64,000 bases of DNA from Heteronotia binoei. Lineage: Eukaryota. The position numbers and the translations under genes were made by a program. Location: positions 48,236,001-48,300,000 of the forward strand of contig NC_083233.1 in assembly GCF_032191835.1 (NCBI RefSeq). Direction: 5' to 3'. Of the stretch, positions 10,990 to 24,960 are shown one piece after another. The notes under the pieces are model-generated. The model was not told the DNA's origin. It worked only from the letters and a program-made list of their open reading frames with translations, and did no database searches. Position 1 is the first letter of the stretch, and each line of letters begins with the position of its first letter.

Positions 10990-11900
10990 TCTGCGGGAGG
11001 CCATCGGGCGGCGCCAGGCGGGGAGGGCAGCCCCACAAAGACCTCACTCTCCCTGGAAAGCAGGGAACAGGGTGGTCGTTTCCCGCCTTCTCCCGAAGCC
11101 GCCATCCCATCCCAGAGGCAGAGTCCGGGGCGCGGGCAGTAGGGGCGCAGGGCAGCTTCCAGCCTAGAGGCCCGGGGGATGGGCTGCTCCGCCCTGGCAT
11201 TTTAACTGACAGCAGAGACGTGGGATTCTGCAGGCACGGTGCTTCAGCCCAAGGACGGGGATTCTGCCCCTCGGAGTCCCCGGGAGGTGCTTTCCTCGGC
11301 CCTGCCGCCCCCCCGCCCCCAGCATGCTCAACCCGCCCACTTCGGCGGCGGCGGCGGCAGTGCTTCAAGCAGGGCCGGGATGGGGACGTTCCCCGGGGAG
11401 GCCCCGAGGGAGGCCGCACTCCCTTGTCCCCGGGCGCTGCTAAGGTTCCCCCGCAGCGCACCTACTCGGCCGACCAGGACCCCGGGCGACTCTCGGGTGT
11501 GCAGCTCCTCCGCTCTCCCCGGCTGACCAGCAGCGGCAGCCGGGCGGGCCCCCAGCAAGGCCAGATCCCCTACGCATGCGCCGGTCGCATGCGGCGCCCC
11601 GAGCCAGCTCCGGCAGCATCTGTCGGCTTCCTTCTGTCACTCCGAGGAAGGGGGAGGGATTCCCCCAGGCCACGCCTCCCCTCCCCCTCCCGGGAATAGG
11701 GGCCTCGGAGCAGGTGTGCTGTCGCCCTGGCTTGGTGACTAGCCGCGGTTCCTCCAGGGCCACTCCTTCTTCGGGAAGTCTGCAACGGCGGAAGGAAGGT
11801 GGTGGCGGCGGCGCCTCTCTGGCCCTTGGATCCACCGCCCCAAACCTCTCCGCAGGCAGATGGAGACCGGCTAGCCATCTCGGGCAAGGAAGGAGAAGCC
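10990..11900 (-). promoter_or_regulatory. RAB9B: RAB9B CpG-island promoter with tandem NRF1-like palindromes
   Basis: GC/CpG-rich. CGCATGCG cores within 11572-11581 and 11585-11594. Candidate non-coding exon 1 donor GA|GTAGGT at about 11465. Confidence 0.65.
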
Positions 11901-12020
11901 TCTGTCTGGGGCAGCTGGCCCTCCCTTTGGGTGCCCAAATTCCTACATCACTCCTCCGACCCCTTAATGAGACGCCTGGCCAAGTTTTGCCTTAAGCGAG
12001 TGCCGGAGATGAAGCAGCTG

Positions 12021-12235
12021 TAGGGTTGCCAGATCTGCGTTGGAAACTACCTGGAGACTTTGGGGGTGGAACTGGGAGAGGGAGGGGTTTGGGGAGGGGG
12101 CTCAACATGGTACAAAGCCATACGGCCCGCCCTTCAAAGCAGCCATTTTCTCCAGAGGAGAGGATCTCTACCAGCTGGAGATCACCTGTACAAGCAGGAG
12201 ATCTCCAGACCCCAACCTGGAGGCTGGCAACCCTA
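12021..12235. mobile_element. hAT MITE (TAGGGTTGCCA ends)
   Basis: TAGGGTTGCCAG...TGGCAACCCTA termini. Internal sequence shared with the copies at 12405 and 62350. Confidence 0.8.
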
Positions 12236-12404
12236 ACAGGGAGCAAGGCCGCTGGACCCTGCCCAGCTTCACAGTTCTCCACACTGACTTCCCGCTCCAA
12301 GGTGTTCTTGGGCTCTTCCTGCCTGTGGAGCTGTGCATGGGTTCCTCTTCATGTCAGAGCGTGTTTGTGGGATGAAAGACTGTTGTTGCACACTGGGTTG
12401 CAGT

Positions 12405-12614
12405 TTGGGTTGTCAACCTCCAGGTGGGTCCTGGAACTCTAATGAAATTACAACTGATCTCAAGAAGACAGAGATTGGTTCCTCTGGAGAAAGTGACTTC
12501 TTGGATGGCAGTCTCTATGGCATCATACCCTGCCTGAGGTCCCTCCCCAAACCCTGCCCTCTCATGGGTCCCCCACATCTCCAGAAAATTCCCAACCTGG
12601 AGTTGGCAACCCTA
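12405..12614. mobile_element. hAT MITE (TAGGGTTGCCA family), opposite orientation to the 12021 copy
   Basis: Termini TTGGGTTGTCAA...TTGGCAACCCTA. Perfect 8-bp TSD GTTGCAGT on both sides. Confidence 0.88.
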
Positions 12615-14864
12615 GTTGCAGTCGATTCTAGGGCTCTGAAGTGAGCTAGGAGCGGCTCCAGTGCAAAGGTGTCACAAAGGAAGTTTTTGGTGTGAGCAGG
12701 CCAAAAGAGCACAGGCAAGAATGAGCAGAGGGCATGAACCTGTCCATATTACCTGTGGCCATGAACTTGAAGCACAAATTGGGTTTCTGGCTATTTAAAT
12801 AAATACAGTATAAGAGCAGATCACTGTTCCTGGATTTGAGTGGCAGCCAAAACTTTGGAAGGAACATGGCAGCAGCTCTCTGCTGAGACTGGTTTGCTGA
12901 ATATACCAAGTATCCACAGTGTAGGAAAAGGCTTAAATGCTGATTTGCTGGCCAGATTCCTGGGATCTCTGTAGGAAAACAGGGGCTCCCAAAAGGTCTA
13001 AAGCAGCACCTGGTCTACTTTTGATCCAAGGAAAGAGGGCCTCAGGTGGGCACCTAGTTACATAGAGAGTACTGTGGACTCCTGCAGGGCAACTTGAGGA
13101 GTGAGAGCAAAGAAATCATAGGAGAGCCTACTAAAAGCACCCTTGCCTTTGCCAGGAAATTGGACTGTGCAAACACCATGGAGTTGAACACTGTTGCCAC
13201 ACAATAGATAGGCAGTCAGTATCACCATCACATGCAGCAGAGGATGGTGCCCTGAGGAGAGTGAGGAAGCAGGTGTGATCAGGGACTCTCAGCCAGGCAT
13301 CTGTCAGCCCCATGAGCAGAGCCCAGACATCACTTTTTCTGGGCCTAGCACAAACTTGTAATATGATCCCCTCCCACACATACAACCTCACCAGTCACAA
13401 AAGAAAAAAAATGTTTTGCTTTACTTCTGGAATAATAAATCATAGCACAGTCAGGGCTTGCTGTCTGGATTCCCTACTCAGGTGTGCTCTTTTCCCCTCC
13501 CTCAGGGCCATGTTCAGGGATCTCAGCTTGAGAGAGGCATGCTACATGAATTTCTAACACATGGGGTGATATTAGTACATACAAAGCCTGACAGGGGGGC
13601 TGATATGTCCAGGTGGGACTTGGTCATCTGCTAATGCTCATGTCTACAAACTCATTACAGCATGTGGACACCTGAAAGGGTAGCTTTGAACTTTGTGTAA
13701 GAAATTATTGAAATTGGGTTCCATTTTAACAGCCTGATTAACTGAAGAAGACCAGTATTGAAACATCTTGAAATCTAGAGGAGACGTCTTATGAAGGCTG
13801 CAAGGATTTCCTGGCCCCTCCATTTGAAATAATTTCACAAGATATGGACTGCATTATGAACTTCGTTTATTGGAGGAAGGATTTCTGAAAATCCCTCTAT
13901 TGAAAAGTATTGGAACTAATTGTTGTTTGTTAATAATTTGTAAATTTTTCTGAAGGGAAGAAATTGGAAATTGATGTTGATATCTGTATACACTGGTTTA
14001 AAGTTGTATATGGGATAAATCATATATAAGGATTGACATATACTCATTGTTTTTTAGTGGTATTCTATCTGTTTAGGCAGCCAAGAAGGCACTGTCTGGC
14101 TTGCAGTTCCTGATTTCCAGACCTCCCTATTCTAGCTCCAGCCTAGCCCTGACCTGCAGGCTCTGTTTGTTCCTGCCTCAGGGAGTGGCATCTGTTCTCC
14201 TGACCTTGTGCAAGGGAGGGGAAAGCACACAGTGCAGTAAGAATACAACAGATTTCTTGGCTGAAATACACACCTGAAAAGCAAACACTGTTTTGGTGCC
14301 ACGACCAATGCCAAGGCAGTGGTGCTGAGACTCCCAGTTGGAGAATTCCCAGCACATAACCTCTCCAAACTAGGCACTGGGAACATATAATTCTTCCCTC
14401 CTCTCAGCAAAAACAAAAAATCTGCCACATTTGTAACCACTGTACAGAAAGTGGTTGAGCAAGTGTCAGTAAACAGTAGTTGGCTAGTGTCCATGGCATC
14501 CCTAGTGACCAATGACACATCTCTCTCTGATCTCCAAGTTTGGCACCATTTCACAAACCTTTTGAGCTTCCAATTTTTCAAAAAGTTTGTTTTTCTCAGA
14601 TCTTAAAAGTATATGCACTGCTCAGCATAACTACTGTGTGTGCTTCTGTGTGCTCAGTTTGTCCTTTGAGCCAAGCAAAATGGTTGTGATCACAACCAAC
14701 CATTCCTCCCCTTCATGATTCAATTTCCCTTTTTCTTCTTGTACGCTATAATGCTTTAATCTCTGCTCAACATCTCTCGTGCACCAGATACCTGCAGTTC
14801 TTGATGAACTGGGCTACTACAAGTGCGCATCTAAGGGGTTTTTATGATGGTAATTCTCTGGATC

Positions 14865-15051
14865 CTGACCTGGATAGCCCAGGCTAGCCTGTTCTTGTCA
14901 GCCCTGGTTAGAATTCAGATGGGAGACCTCTAAGGAATACTGGGATCATGACACACAGAGGCAGGCAATGGCAAACCACATCTGAACATCCCTCACCTTG
15001 AAAACCTATGGGGTAGCCATAAGTCAGTTGTGACTTGACAGCACTTTCCAC
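14865..15051 (+). mobile_element. 5S rRNA-derived SINE with internal deletion
   Basis: ctgacctggatagcccaggctagcc...ccctggttag..cagatgggagacc..ggaatac (5S-like), then gaggcaggcaatggcaaaccac...gccataagtcagttgtgacttgac. Confidence 0.75.
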
Positions 15052-17099
15052 AAGGGCTTTTTTTCTGGAAAAAGGGGTGCTGGAACTCTAAAGAAGAAAA
15101 TAAAGGAGAAACATATGGCTGCCCCTCATGAACTTTTAAACATTTGTTGAGCATTTTGTTTCCACAAAGAGGTTCTGGAACTCTGTTCCCCCAGGAAAAA
15201 AAGCCCTGCTTTCCACCATCAATTATCTGAAACTCTGCAAAGCTTTGTCTGGAGTTTTCCAGTCTGTAGGCAATTTCCATGTGTGGACTCCTTTGGACCT
15301 GCTGTTCATGAAACAGTAATTCACATGTTAGGAAGACTAGATGTTCATGGCATCGCCTCCCACCCCATTCCAGCCACCAGCTGTTCCATGGTCAAGAGAT
15401 ACCCCTTGCGAACCACATTTGCTTCACAAATATACACCCCTAGTAGGAGAATAGCGAACAAACACTCCCTAGAGGAACTAGAGACAAAGAATGCACTCTG
15501 CTATTTTGTGGCAGGTTTATATTTGTCATGGAGGACTTCTGGAATCTGCAGAATGTGCAAAATGGCAATTACTGCTCCTTCTGACAGCCCTGTGCAATGC
15601 TGACCTGGTGCGATGGGTCAGCAACCAAAGGATCCATCTGCTTTCCCCAGAAAGGCTTGCATGCCCAGGATAACCTTCCCATCTGTCTGCTTCAGAGAGA
15701 GACCTGCCTAGGAAAAGCCTGAAGGAGGGGGCAAATCCTTTATTCAAAAAACAGGTTCACTCACTGATATTTTTGGTCAAAAGGTCTAGGGAGAATCTTG
15801 TGCTGGAAACCTGGGAGAACCACAGCCAGGCTCAAAGCCTTTCTGCACTGTTGTTTGCCAGATTCTGTGTTTGTCATGAGATTATCACATTTTCTAGGCT
15901 GTCAAAGTGTCAGATGTGGGGGGAATGTGATGCAGGTCAGCTGCTGCTGGGTGTCAGAGGCAGCTATGGGCATAATTTCTGATGAACAGAGCACTTTCAT
16001 CCCTTCCTCTTTACTCAGACAAATTCTGTAATTTGTTGTTTGTTTTATTACCACAAAGGTTGGAAATGCTGTGAGCAGCTGGGGATGGAAATGGATGAAA
16101 GATTAACAACAATTTTATTTATTATTTATTTATTACTTTCCATTTATATCCCGCCCTCTCCGCAAGCGGACTCAGACTGGGAAGATGTGTGTTATCAGAT
16201 TTCTCCTTAGTCATGAGTGGGCTGGGGAAGTCATACTTTCTTGGCTTCACTTTAGAAAATGGACAGATCTTGTGGCATGGGCAGTTCAAATCCCACATCT
16301 GCTATGACCTCACTGAGTGGCTTAGGCAAGTGCAAGTCACTGTTCTTGCAGCTTCTGTGTCCCTCTCTGTAGTATGCAACTAATAGCACTGGTCGGCCTT
16401 GCAGGATTGTTGTAGGGATGACTAAAATGCTATGCAAGGGTGCCTAGCTTCTATGGACAAAGATATACAAATGATAATTGCTGTTAAGCTTCTCAGCTTC
16501 CAGTCTCCACTGGAAGCAAATCTGTTGAGCTCTCTTTGGCTATAACAAACAGAAACAGATCCTGTAGAGACCAGGGCTCAGAAGCACCCAATGAAAGGCC
16601 CTGGACAGAGGAAAGACAGGGCAAGATGAGAAGCTGGAGGACTGACCCAGTGGACAAAAGGCAGGTTAGACTAATGCCAACTATTGCAGTCTCCCCCCAC
16701 TTTATGTATGCAAAGCATGTAGCTCCTCTTCCATCTCTGAGCCCAGAGGGCTTGTATTCTTGCAGCCTCTCACTCTCTGCTGAATTTCATAATATCTCCA
16801 GTTCAAACAAGCTTTGAAGAATCTGGCAATTCCCCTCCTGAAGTAGTTCACACTCTGATGTTGTTTCCTCATCTCCTCTTGAATACAGCAACCCCCTTTC
16901 CGCACTGGTGTGAGAGGAATGAGGGGCAGGGATACCACGAAGCTATCTCCCCAAAGGAGGAGGGTTCTCCAACTATGAGCCCCAACATCACAAATTAAAC
17001 ATAATAAGCATAGTTATATAGTTATCATCTGTTAAGGTTCAACTGGGGGGGGGGGCAACAACATCACAAAAATTCCCAGTTGAGCCCTAACAGGTGATA

Positions 17100-17290
17100 A
17101 CATATAACTAAGCTTATTATTCTTTTAATCTGTTAAAAATTCTTCATTATTCTGTATACTAATTTACTGCCCACCTTCTATATGTAAGATTGTTTGTTTC
17201 TGTTTCACTCTGGCTGAAGAAGTGTGTGCATGCACACAGAAGCTCACACTTCGAATAAAAGTTTGTTGGCCTTAAAAGGTGCCATTGTTA
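17100..17290 (+). mobile_element. Penelope-like element 3'/pLTR remnant with a degenerate hammerhead
   Basis: CTGAAGA-A-gtgtg..cacac-AGAAGCTC, then gaataaaagtttgttggccttaaaaggtgcca. Same family as 26771-26900. Confidence 0.7.
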
Positions 17291-17539
17291 AGAGAAAGGG
17301 GTCTGTTTTTAATCTATTCTTTGGATGCAAACTCAGTCTGTATGTATTCTTTTTATTCATTTATTAAACTTTCTTATATTTTGAATGCTCTAAATCTGAT
17401 CTCTGGAAACAGGTCACACCTATTTGGTCTTGCTACCTGAAGTGTGGTAACAGGGACAGACAGTGGGTCAGCTTGCCCTCCCTAGAGTACAATAGTTCAA
17501 AATTGTAAAGTTATTATTGATTTATGTATTTCATTGAAG

Positions 17540-17740
17540 CCTCGCCTTTCTCCTCATAATAGAGATCCAAAGCAACTTCCTTTCTTCTCCTCTCCTCCAT
17601 TTTAACCTCAGAACAACACTGTGAGGTTGGTTAGGCTGAGAGCATGAAGGTCACATAGCAAGTGTCAAAAACAGAGTGGGGATGGGTCTCTCAAATCCTG
17701 TTCTGACTACACCACATTGGCCCTCACCTCTCTAATGCCA
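17540..17740 (-). mobile_element. Degenerate tRNA-derived SINE fragment
   Basis: Reverse-complement similarity to the SINEs at 32196 and 58303 (cagaacaacactgtgaggttggttaggctgagag...aaggtcac). Confidence 0.5.
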
Positions 17741-20700
17741 GCTTGCAAGAGGTGTGACAACTAAGGAAAACTTTTAAATGGCAATGAAAGTACAGTGTGT
17801 AGACATGCAATTCTGTTTAGGAGATACTCTCAGAGTTGCTGGTAACAGCAGTTGTCATTTAGTTTGTTTTGGGACTGTCAATAAGTGAGGGTGCTAAGTG
17901 GAGACATAAGATGACTGTGGGGTTTTCTGACCTCTGGATGACCAAGTGGAAAGAATCAGAGTGGGTTTTCAAGTCCTTTCCTTCATATAGGAGCTGGGTA
18001 GCCTCCCTGAAAAACCCTGACAGAAGGATGGCACCTGTCAGGTGATGGTGCTCCTAGAAAGTATTCTAAGCCTGCTCTGCAGGAGAAATAAGGAAATACT
18101 CCTCAGCCATGTATTCTTCCTGCCATTACATTACATCAAGGCCCTGATTGGGGCTGGGAAGGCCAATGAAGCTCTACTACACTACCTATTACATGCCTCC
18201 AGCATTACCCACTGGACACTTCTACTGTGGAGTTCCACCATCCTGGCATTGCTACAGCACCAGCATATTACCAGGTGTATTGGCACAGGGCTTACTTGCC
18301 ATCCTAAACCTTTCAGGTCTAGGCTTGTCCTCTATATGACACAAGGCTGAATGGTAGGCAGTAGCTAAAGAAAGTATGAAGATTTTGTACAGGAAGTCCA
18401 GCAGCCTGCGTTGCTTTGACTGATGCTGGCCCCGTAAAGGAATCCAAGCACCTTCCCTGCCCTGAAGCCATTTACCCACTGAGGTGGACAAACAAGCTTG
18501 CCCAGCAACTTCCAAAAGAGGAAGGGGGAGGTACCGCAATCAACACCAAGCCCTTGTTGGCCAACAAACCCTTTTCCGGAGACAAAGCGTTTTCATTTGC
18601 TGTTACAACATTGCCTTCCTCTGCTGCTTTTATCTCTGGCACTCTGTTCTTCTACTCTGGGCCGAGGAAACCCACCTATGAAACACCGGCCCAGCAAAGG
18701 ACACCAACAGCTTTTGCTTCTGGATGGTTTGCACAACCAAAGCAACTGTTTGGCCTACAGTTGCCTTCCTCTGAGATGGCACTGTCCACTGTTACCCGAG
18801 GCTGGAAATGGTTCTTCTGTCCCTCACCTTCAATTCTGATTTTCCTTCTGCCAGCAGGATAGCCCAGTTGGGAAGGAGACCATTTGCAACTTCCAGGGTG
18901 AGGCTCCCACTAGTTCCAGCCTTGACCTGGCACTCTAGAGGCTGAGTATGAGGATAGCTGCTGTATATCTTGGCAATCAAGCCCTGCACCAGGGCTGTGG
19001 GAATAATGTTTTGAAGAAGCTCTCCAGCAGCCTACTTCCAGTTTTGGTTTGCTTCTGACAGCGCAGTCCAGTGACTGGGGCCGCTCTCTCAGAGTCAGCT
19101 TTCCTAGTATCCCTCTTGTTAGGATCCTGGGAGAAAAAAAGAGTTTGAGCTTTGTGACCCTGGCACTATCTGGAGACCTATCATGCACCCTGAGTTTCTC
19201 CAAGGTAGACGGAGGCCCATCAAAATAGGGCTTCTTATGGAACCTTTCAAGTTCCTACCGCTAAGCATTTTAACTGAGCCTAATGGGTGGTTATAAACCA
19301 GGCACTTTATGGAATCAAGGTCTCTCTTGTTCAGTCTTAAGTACTTAACAAGCTTGAAGAACCACAGAGCTGACCTGAAATTGACTAGACAGTTGTTGCA
19401 GTTGGTAAACAAGTGACTTTGTTCTGTCAGACTGAATGTCTGAAGGCTTTGGTTCCATTGCTAAGTTACGTGGTCCTGTGAAAGACTGAAGAAACCCCTG
19501 CTACTTCGGAATAGGAAGCTGACCATTTGGATTTGTCTTGAGCATATAAGGGACTTTTAAGAAAGTGCTATACCAATATGGAACTTAAATTTTCTTTGTA
19601 TTTTTTGAAAATAATTCCATGTATAGGGTGATAACACCTATTGTTTGTTGCAATGTGTTGTCTATGTATACTGTCTTCAAACTGTAGCAATCATTACACT
19701 GAATGAAGTTTACAGTAAGTTTTTATTGTATCATAGCAGTGTTTTTTCCTTTTATTCTGCTCGCTGGCACAATGGAAACAGACCATTTACTGCAATGTCA
19801 CTTCTCCCCACCTTTGCACAGTGGCTTCCAGAGTCAGCTGTGGCTCTGTTTGCTGCAACTGAAGCTCCAGAGAGTTTTGTGCAATGACTTAGTCCTGCAG
19901 AGATGATGCATCCTAGGTAGAGCCTTTGAGCCGCGCAGCCTTGCATGCCCTGAAGCCTTGGCAAGCTCCCTGGTTGGTGGAGGAAAAGGCCTGCTCAGTC
20001 ATGCTCCTGCCACTCATTCTCCACCCCAGGCTCCAAGGTGAGCTCGAGGGACTGCTCCCTCATGAAGGCAGATGGGAATCAATGCTCTCCAGTTGCCTGC
20101 CCAGCTGGATCATTAGATTACCGGGCCTTGCTCAGACTTTTTCATGAGACTCAGCCAGACCAGAGCAGGATTAAAGATAGCAGAGCATAACAAGTTTGAG
20201 CACGTTCCAACTTGCCTCCCCATGCCTGAAGAATCATCATTTTGTCTGTAAAACCCAAGAAAGTTTTGGGAAAGCCCAGGACAAGAAAGTATGATCTTTT
20301 AAAGAGCACCTTTTCCTTCCTCCTTGGTGAGCCTGCAGAGACTAAAGTAGCAGCTAGTTTCTCATTCTTGCATTTTCCAAGGGTACAGAGAATCAATGTC
20401 CCCCCAGCCCCGTGCTAAACTTCCATTCACTTTGTAAAAAATTTGCCTTTCCCTCCATTTGCCGTTGAGCAGAAGTAGGACTGCCTATTTTGCCTATTAT
20501 TTTAAATGCATGTAGATGTATAAAGAGCTTATGAAATATGATAAAGCAACACTTACGTATTTCTCCCGAGAAAGGGGGACAAACCCACACAAGGTTGCAG
20601 TTGGAGAGTGTAATTTACTTACACAATGAAGGCCAAGGAGAAGCATTATTACAAGTCGTGGTTTCTGCTCTCTCACTTCCTTCAGGTGCTTCCTCTTTCT

Positions 20701-22610
20701 TAAGCATTTTGGTGTCTCTGGAGAGCCCCCCTTAGCAATGCACATTTGTAAAGAAACACAACTTGCTTGAGCTCCTACCTATCACTGTAGAAAGGGAGCA
20801 GAGTTAAGATCCTGGTGTGCTTACACACTGATGCCCACTAGCTCCCTCTCCCACTCTGTGAACAGCAGAAACACATATTGCTGAGCATGTAATAAGTGGC
20901 TGCTCCATGTTGGCTCTGTGTAGTCCACAACCTAATCTCTCTCCAAACGCCATTTCCACAAGATCACAGGGCCACTTCTGACGCATGCTTTTCCTTTGCA
21001 GATAATCTGTATGCAGAAAAGAAAGCCGCAGGCACTATCGCTTCAGCATTTATTCTTCTGCTACACAAAGACATATCATGCATGAAGCAGCCGTGGTTTC
21101 TTTTTTAAACTTCTCACTTCTTACATTTTTAGGATCACAGTACACCCAAACATTACTCTATCTGGGTCATTGCCTCACTGCTGCTGAAGATGAAGTGCAG
21201 CCTTCGCCACCTCTCTCCTCTACCACTTTGCACCTGCCCACCACCTTCTAAGCAAGAGGTACTGTGTTCTTTTATTGCTATCTTTGATTTCCTCTGCTCA
21301 TAAGTCACATTGTTGGGATGCAGAAGCTTTTTTGCACCTGGACCCTGCAATCTTGGGAGATGGTCCAGTAGTCACTTAAAAGATAAGAGGCAGGCACTCC
21401 ACCCAGAACACACCACTAGTCAATAATGAAAACAATGCTTACCATAAGCCTCTTCTGATAGGCATCTAAAGAAGGCTATTAGCAAGAGCTTCAGTTTCAG
21501 GACTGATTCATACATGCATGCCAGTCACTTGTCTGGCACTCACTGAATATGCAAACAGCCTTACTTAAACGGTATGATGTGGTGGGCTCAGTCTGGGATG
21601 GCTGTTCAGCACATGCAAGTTTGCACTTGATGCTTCTGTCACTGGGTGAACAAGGACGTCACTTTCAGATTTATGTGTGAAACACCAGCAGCTCCACCTT
21701 TCCCCATTGCATTTTTCCACTGGAGGTTTCCTTCCAACCCGTTGCAGCTCAATTACCCCAAAAGACTGAGTGAAGTTTGGAGCTGGGCAAAATGAGCCCT
21801 GGACAGGCCCATCACAGCTAGTGAATGATACACAACTCTGCTGTATGCAGCTCAGCAGCTAGCTTGTCTGGCTGACCTGAGCAGGTTTTTGTTAGATGTC
21901 AAGTTATGTTCTTTATGCTAACTATATGCAAGATAAACGGACAAGAGATCTGACAATCGTTATGGCAGGTCACCCTAGCACAGGATGAAGAGCTCCAATC
22001 ACTAAGCTGTCTACACTGAAAACTTTGGAAGGGGAAGAGTATGCGAGTTAATATCTTTTTAAAATAATTTCAAGTACACAGAAATCATGACTAAGGAACC
22101 CATATAGCTTTCACGGATGGGACTTTGTGAATAGGATTCTAAACTCAGCCTTTCCATCTATATGCACGTGTAGAATCACCTGAGACTAGTTTTGAACAAG
22201 AAAGCATTACACAGCATGAATTGCCAGAAAAAACTCAAATCAATAGGGAAGCCTAAGTATTGGAAAGCAGGTACAAGACTGCCAAGTTGCAACTACCCTA
22301 AATTCTCCAAGCAACCTCATTGTACATGGTAAAAGACCCTCTTCTTGAAGTCTGCTCATGAATCCCACAACCCTCACTCACTTGCTCACAGGCTGCCCCA
22401 TTGAAAGACAAGCAGTGGAATCCTAACTTTTAAATTAGTGGACTTAGAAGAGTGGAACACAACTTCAGATTGCACTGCTAATCCTTCCTCAGCAAAACTG
22501 AACCTCCCAGTGCCAGGAACTCAAGCAGATCTGAAACATAAACAGCAGAAGTTCTGTAATGCTTCAGCTGTTTCCAAATAGACAACCAGAAAATCACATT
22601 TTTATTTTTC

Positions 22611-22616
22611 TCATCA
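22611..22616 (-). terminator. TMSB15B: Thymosin beta-15 polyadenylation signal
   Basis: Minus-strand AATAAA about 400 nt after the stop codon, followed by a GU-rich tract. Confidence 0.65.
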
Positions 22617-23015
22617 AGTTTTAATTTTTTAGGAAAACAAATCAAATAGAGCTGCAGAAACAAACAGTGAGCAAATACAGAGGACAGATCTCAGCCCCTG
22701 AAATTGCCCCATCTAGCTAGACAGGGCAGGAAGGAGTGGGGTTTGAGCCATGTGAGCCCCAAATCTCCTTTTCTGTATTGTTCGTTCTCTCCTTGCTGAA
22801 ACAGGCAGCAACATCAGCGCCCGAAGGAGGCAGCAGCTGCCCAAGAGAGAAGAAGCCAGCTGGTGACAGGGCTTCCGAGGGATCCAAAGCAATGGAGGTG
22901 GGATGGTTGCAATGGGAGCTGCAGCATTTAATACAATATACATTGTTGTAAAAAAAAAATGAATGCAAACAAGAGTAAGGAAGAGAGAATGGGCACTTCA
23001 CATCAAGGGCCATCT

Positions 23016-23053
23016 CTATGATGTCTTCCCACATTCCTTCTCCTGTTCAATAG
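23016..23053 (-). CDS. TMSB15B: Thymosin beta-15, last coding exon (TIEQEKECGKTS*)
   Basis: Acceptor tttcttccAG, then CT ATT GAA CAG GAG AAG GAA TGT GGG AAG ACA TCA TAG. 38 nt completes a 45-aa beta-thymosin. Paralog symbol (15A vs 15B) is assigned by position only. Confidence 0.93.
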
Positions 23054-23841
23054 CTGGAAGAAAGAAAAAAAGGAGAACCATTAGCTGCTCTAGCAAACTT
23101 GTTTCACGGTCTGAAATGCTTCTGACAATTGTGCTGAAGTGCAGTGTCCCTTTTCAAAGCATTTCAGTAGCAATGAAGTACAAGAGGCTGAAGGTTTCTC
23201 AAGGCAACCCCAGGCAACGGTCCTGTGGCCTGAAGCCATTAGCCAAGCCCAGTGCTTCTGGGAACTGCGCTCCATGAGTCAGTGTGGCCAAGGGCTCCCA
23301 CCTTCTGCTAAACCATCCATTTCTCCCTCGAAAGACAATTCCAACTCCCACCACACAGATACTCATTTTATAGCTACCCCAGCAAGGCTGCTGGCACTCA
23401 AGCAAAACAGCTGGCAACTTGGTCAAGGGAGCTGAGAAATGATCGAAGCACCATCGTGCCCTCAGGAAGGCCCTTCAAGCAGCTGATGGGGAGACTGAGC
23501 ACCTTGCTGCAGCTGGAAGCTTATCCTGGGGGTGCAGAAGGTCAATGGCACCTCTTGAGGCTCCTTCTTGACTGCCAGATTCCTTTAGGATGAAGTAAAC
23601 AGAAGCAAGAGCCTCCAGCGCCACTCAGCAGCCCCACTCAACCAGGACTGGGAATACCAGCCAGAAGCCTCTTCACCTGAATCCCGAATGAGGGTGAGAG
23701 AGGCTGACTTTCAGATCAAGTCTTCTGCCTTAAGAGAGCCTATCCTGCCAAGGAGGTTGCTTGCTCAGTCACCAAGCCTGGGATGCCAAGTCTCCCCTTC
23801 CCATTAGCTCTCCCTCCCACCCTTCATCATCAGCACAGTTA

Positions 23842-24519
<678 letters not shown>

Positions 24520-24846
24520 TCAATCTCCCCCCTCCCGTGTGAATTCAAAAAGCACCTCATCGCGTGCAAACCCAGGGAGCCGCCGTCAGTCCCGCATTCC
24601 ACCCCCACCCTGCCCCGAGGTCCAACAACGCGACCCTTGCAGAGGCCATCCAGCCGCCCTTCCCCGCCACGCCCGCGAAGAAGACAAAGGCGGGACGAAG
24701 AAGCACGCGCCCCGAAACAGCCCGCAGGAGACGCGCCTGCAAGGGAAGCCAGGCAGACGGGGAGAGACAGCCAAATGAAGAAGACGGCCCTGCGCCGTTC
24801 CGTTCCACCCCACCCCAAGGGCACCGCCCATCTAGCCCCCGGTTAC

Positions 24847-24960
24847 CTGCAATACGTCCAACAGGACTCTTAAGACTGCTCGAGCTCTGTAAAGCCAGCG
24901 TGTCTGGAACAGCCCTTTATATGTCGCGGCAGAGCGCTAGATGCGCCGGGAAATGTAGTT
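24847..24960 (-). promoter_or_regulatory. TMSB15B: TMSB15 proximal promoter and non-coding exon 1
   Basis: TATAAA at 24921-24916. ACTACATTTCCC (ZNF143/THAP11-type) at 24959-24948. Donor CAG|GTAACC at 24846. Confidence 0.75.

Noticed and set aside
10950-11699. 249-aa plus-strand ORF and overlapping ORFs in the RAB9B CpG island
   Set aside because: Low-complexity Gly/Pro/Arg content expected from stop-poor GC-rich DNA, with no recognisable domain.
18416-18862. 148-aa ORF
   Set aside because: No recognisable homology, splice context or codon pattern.
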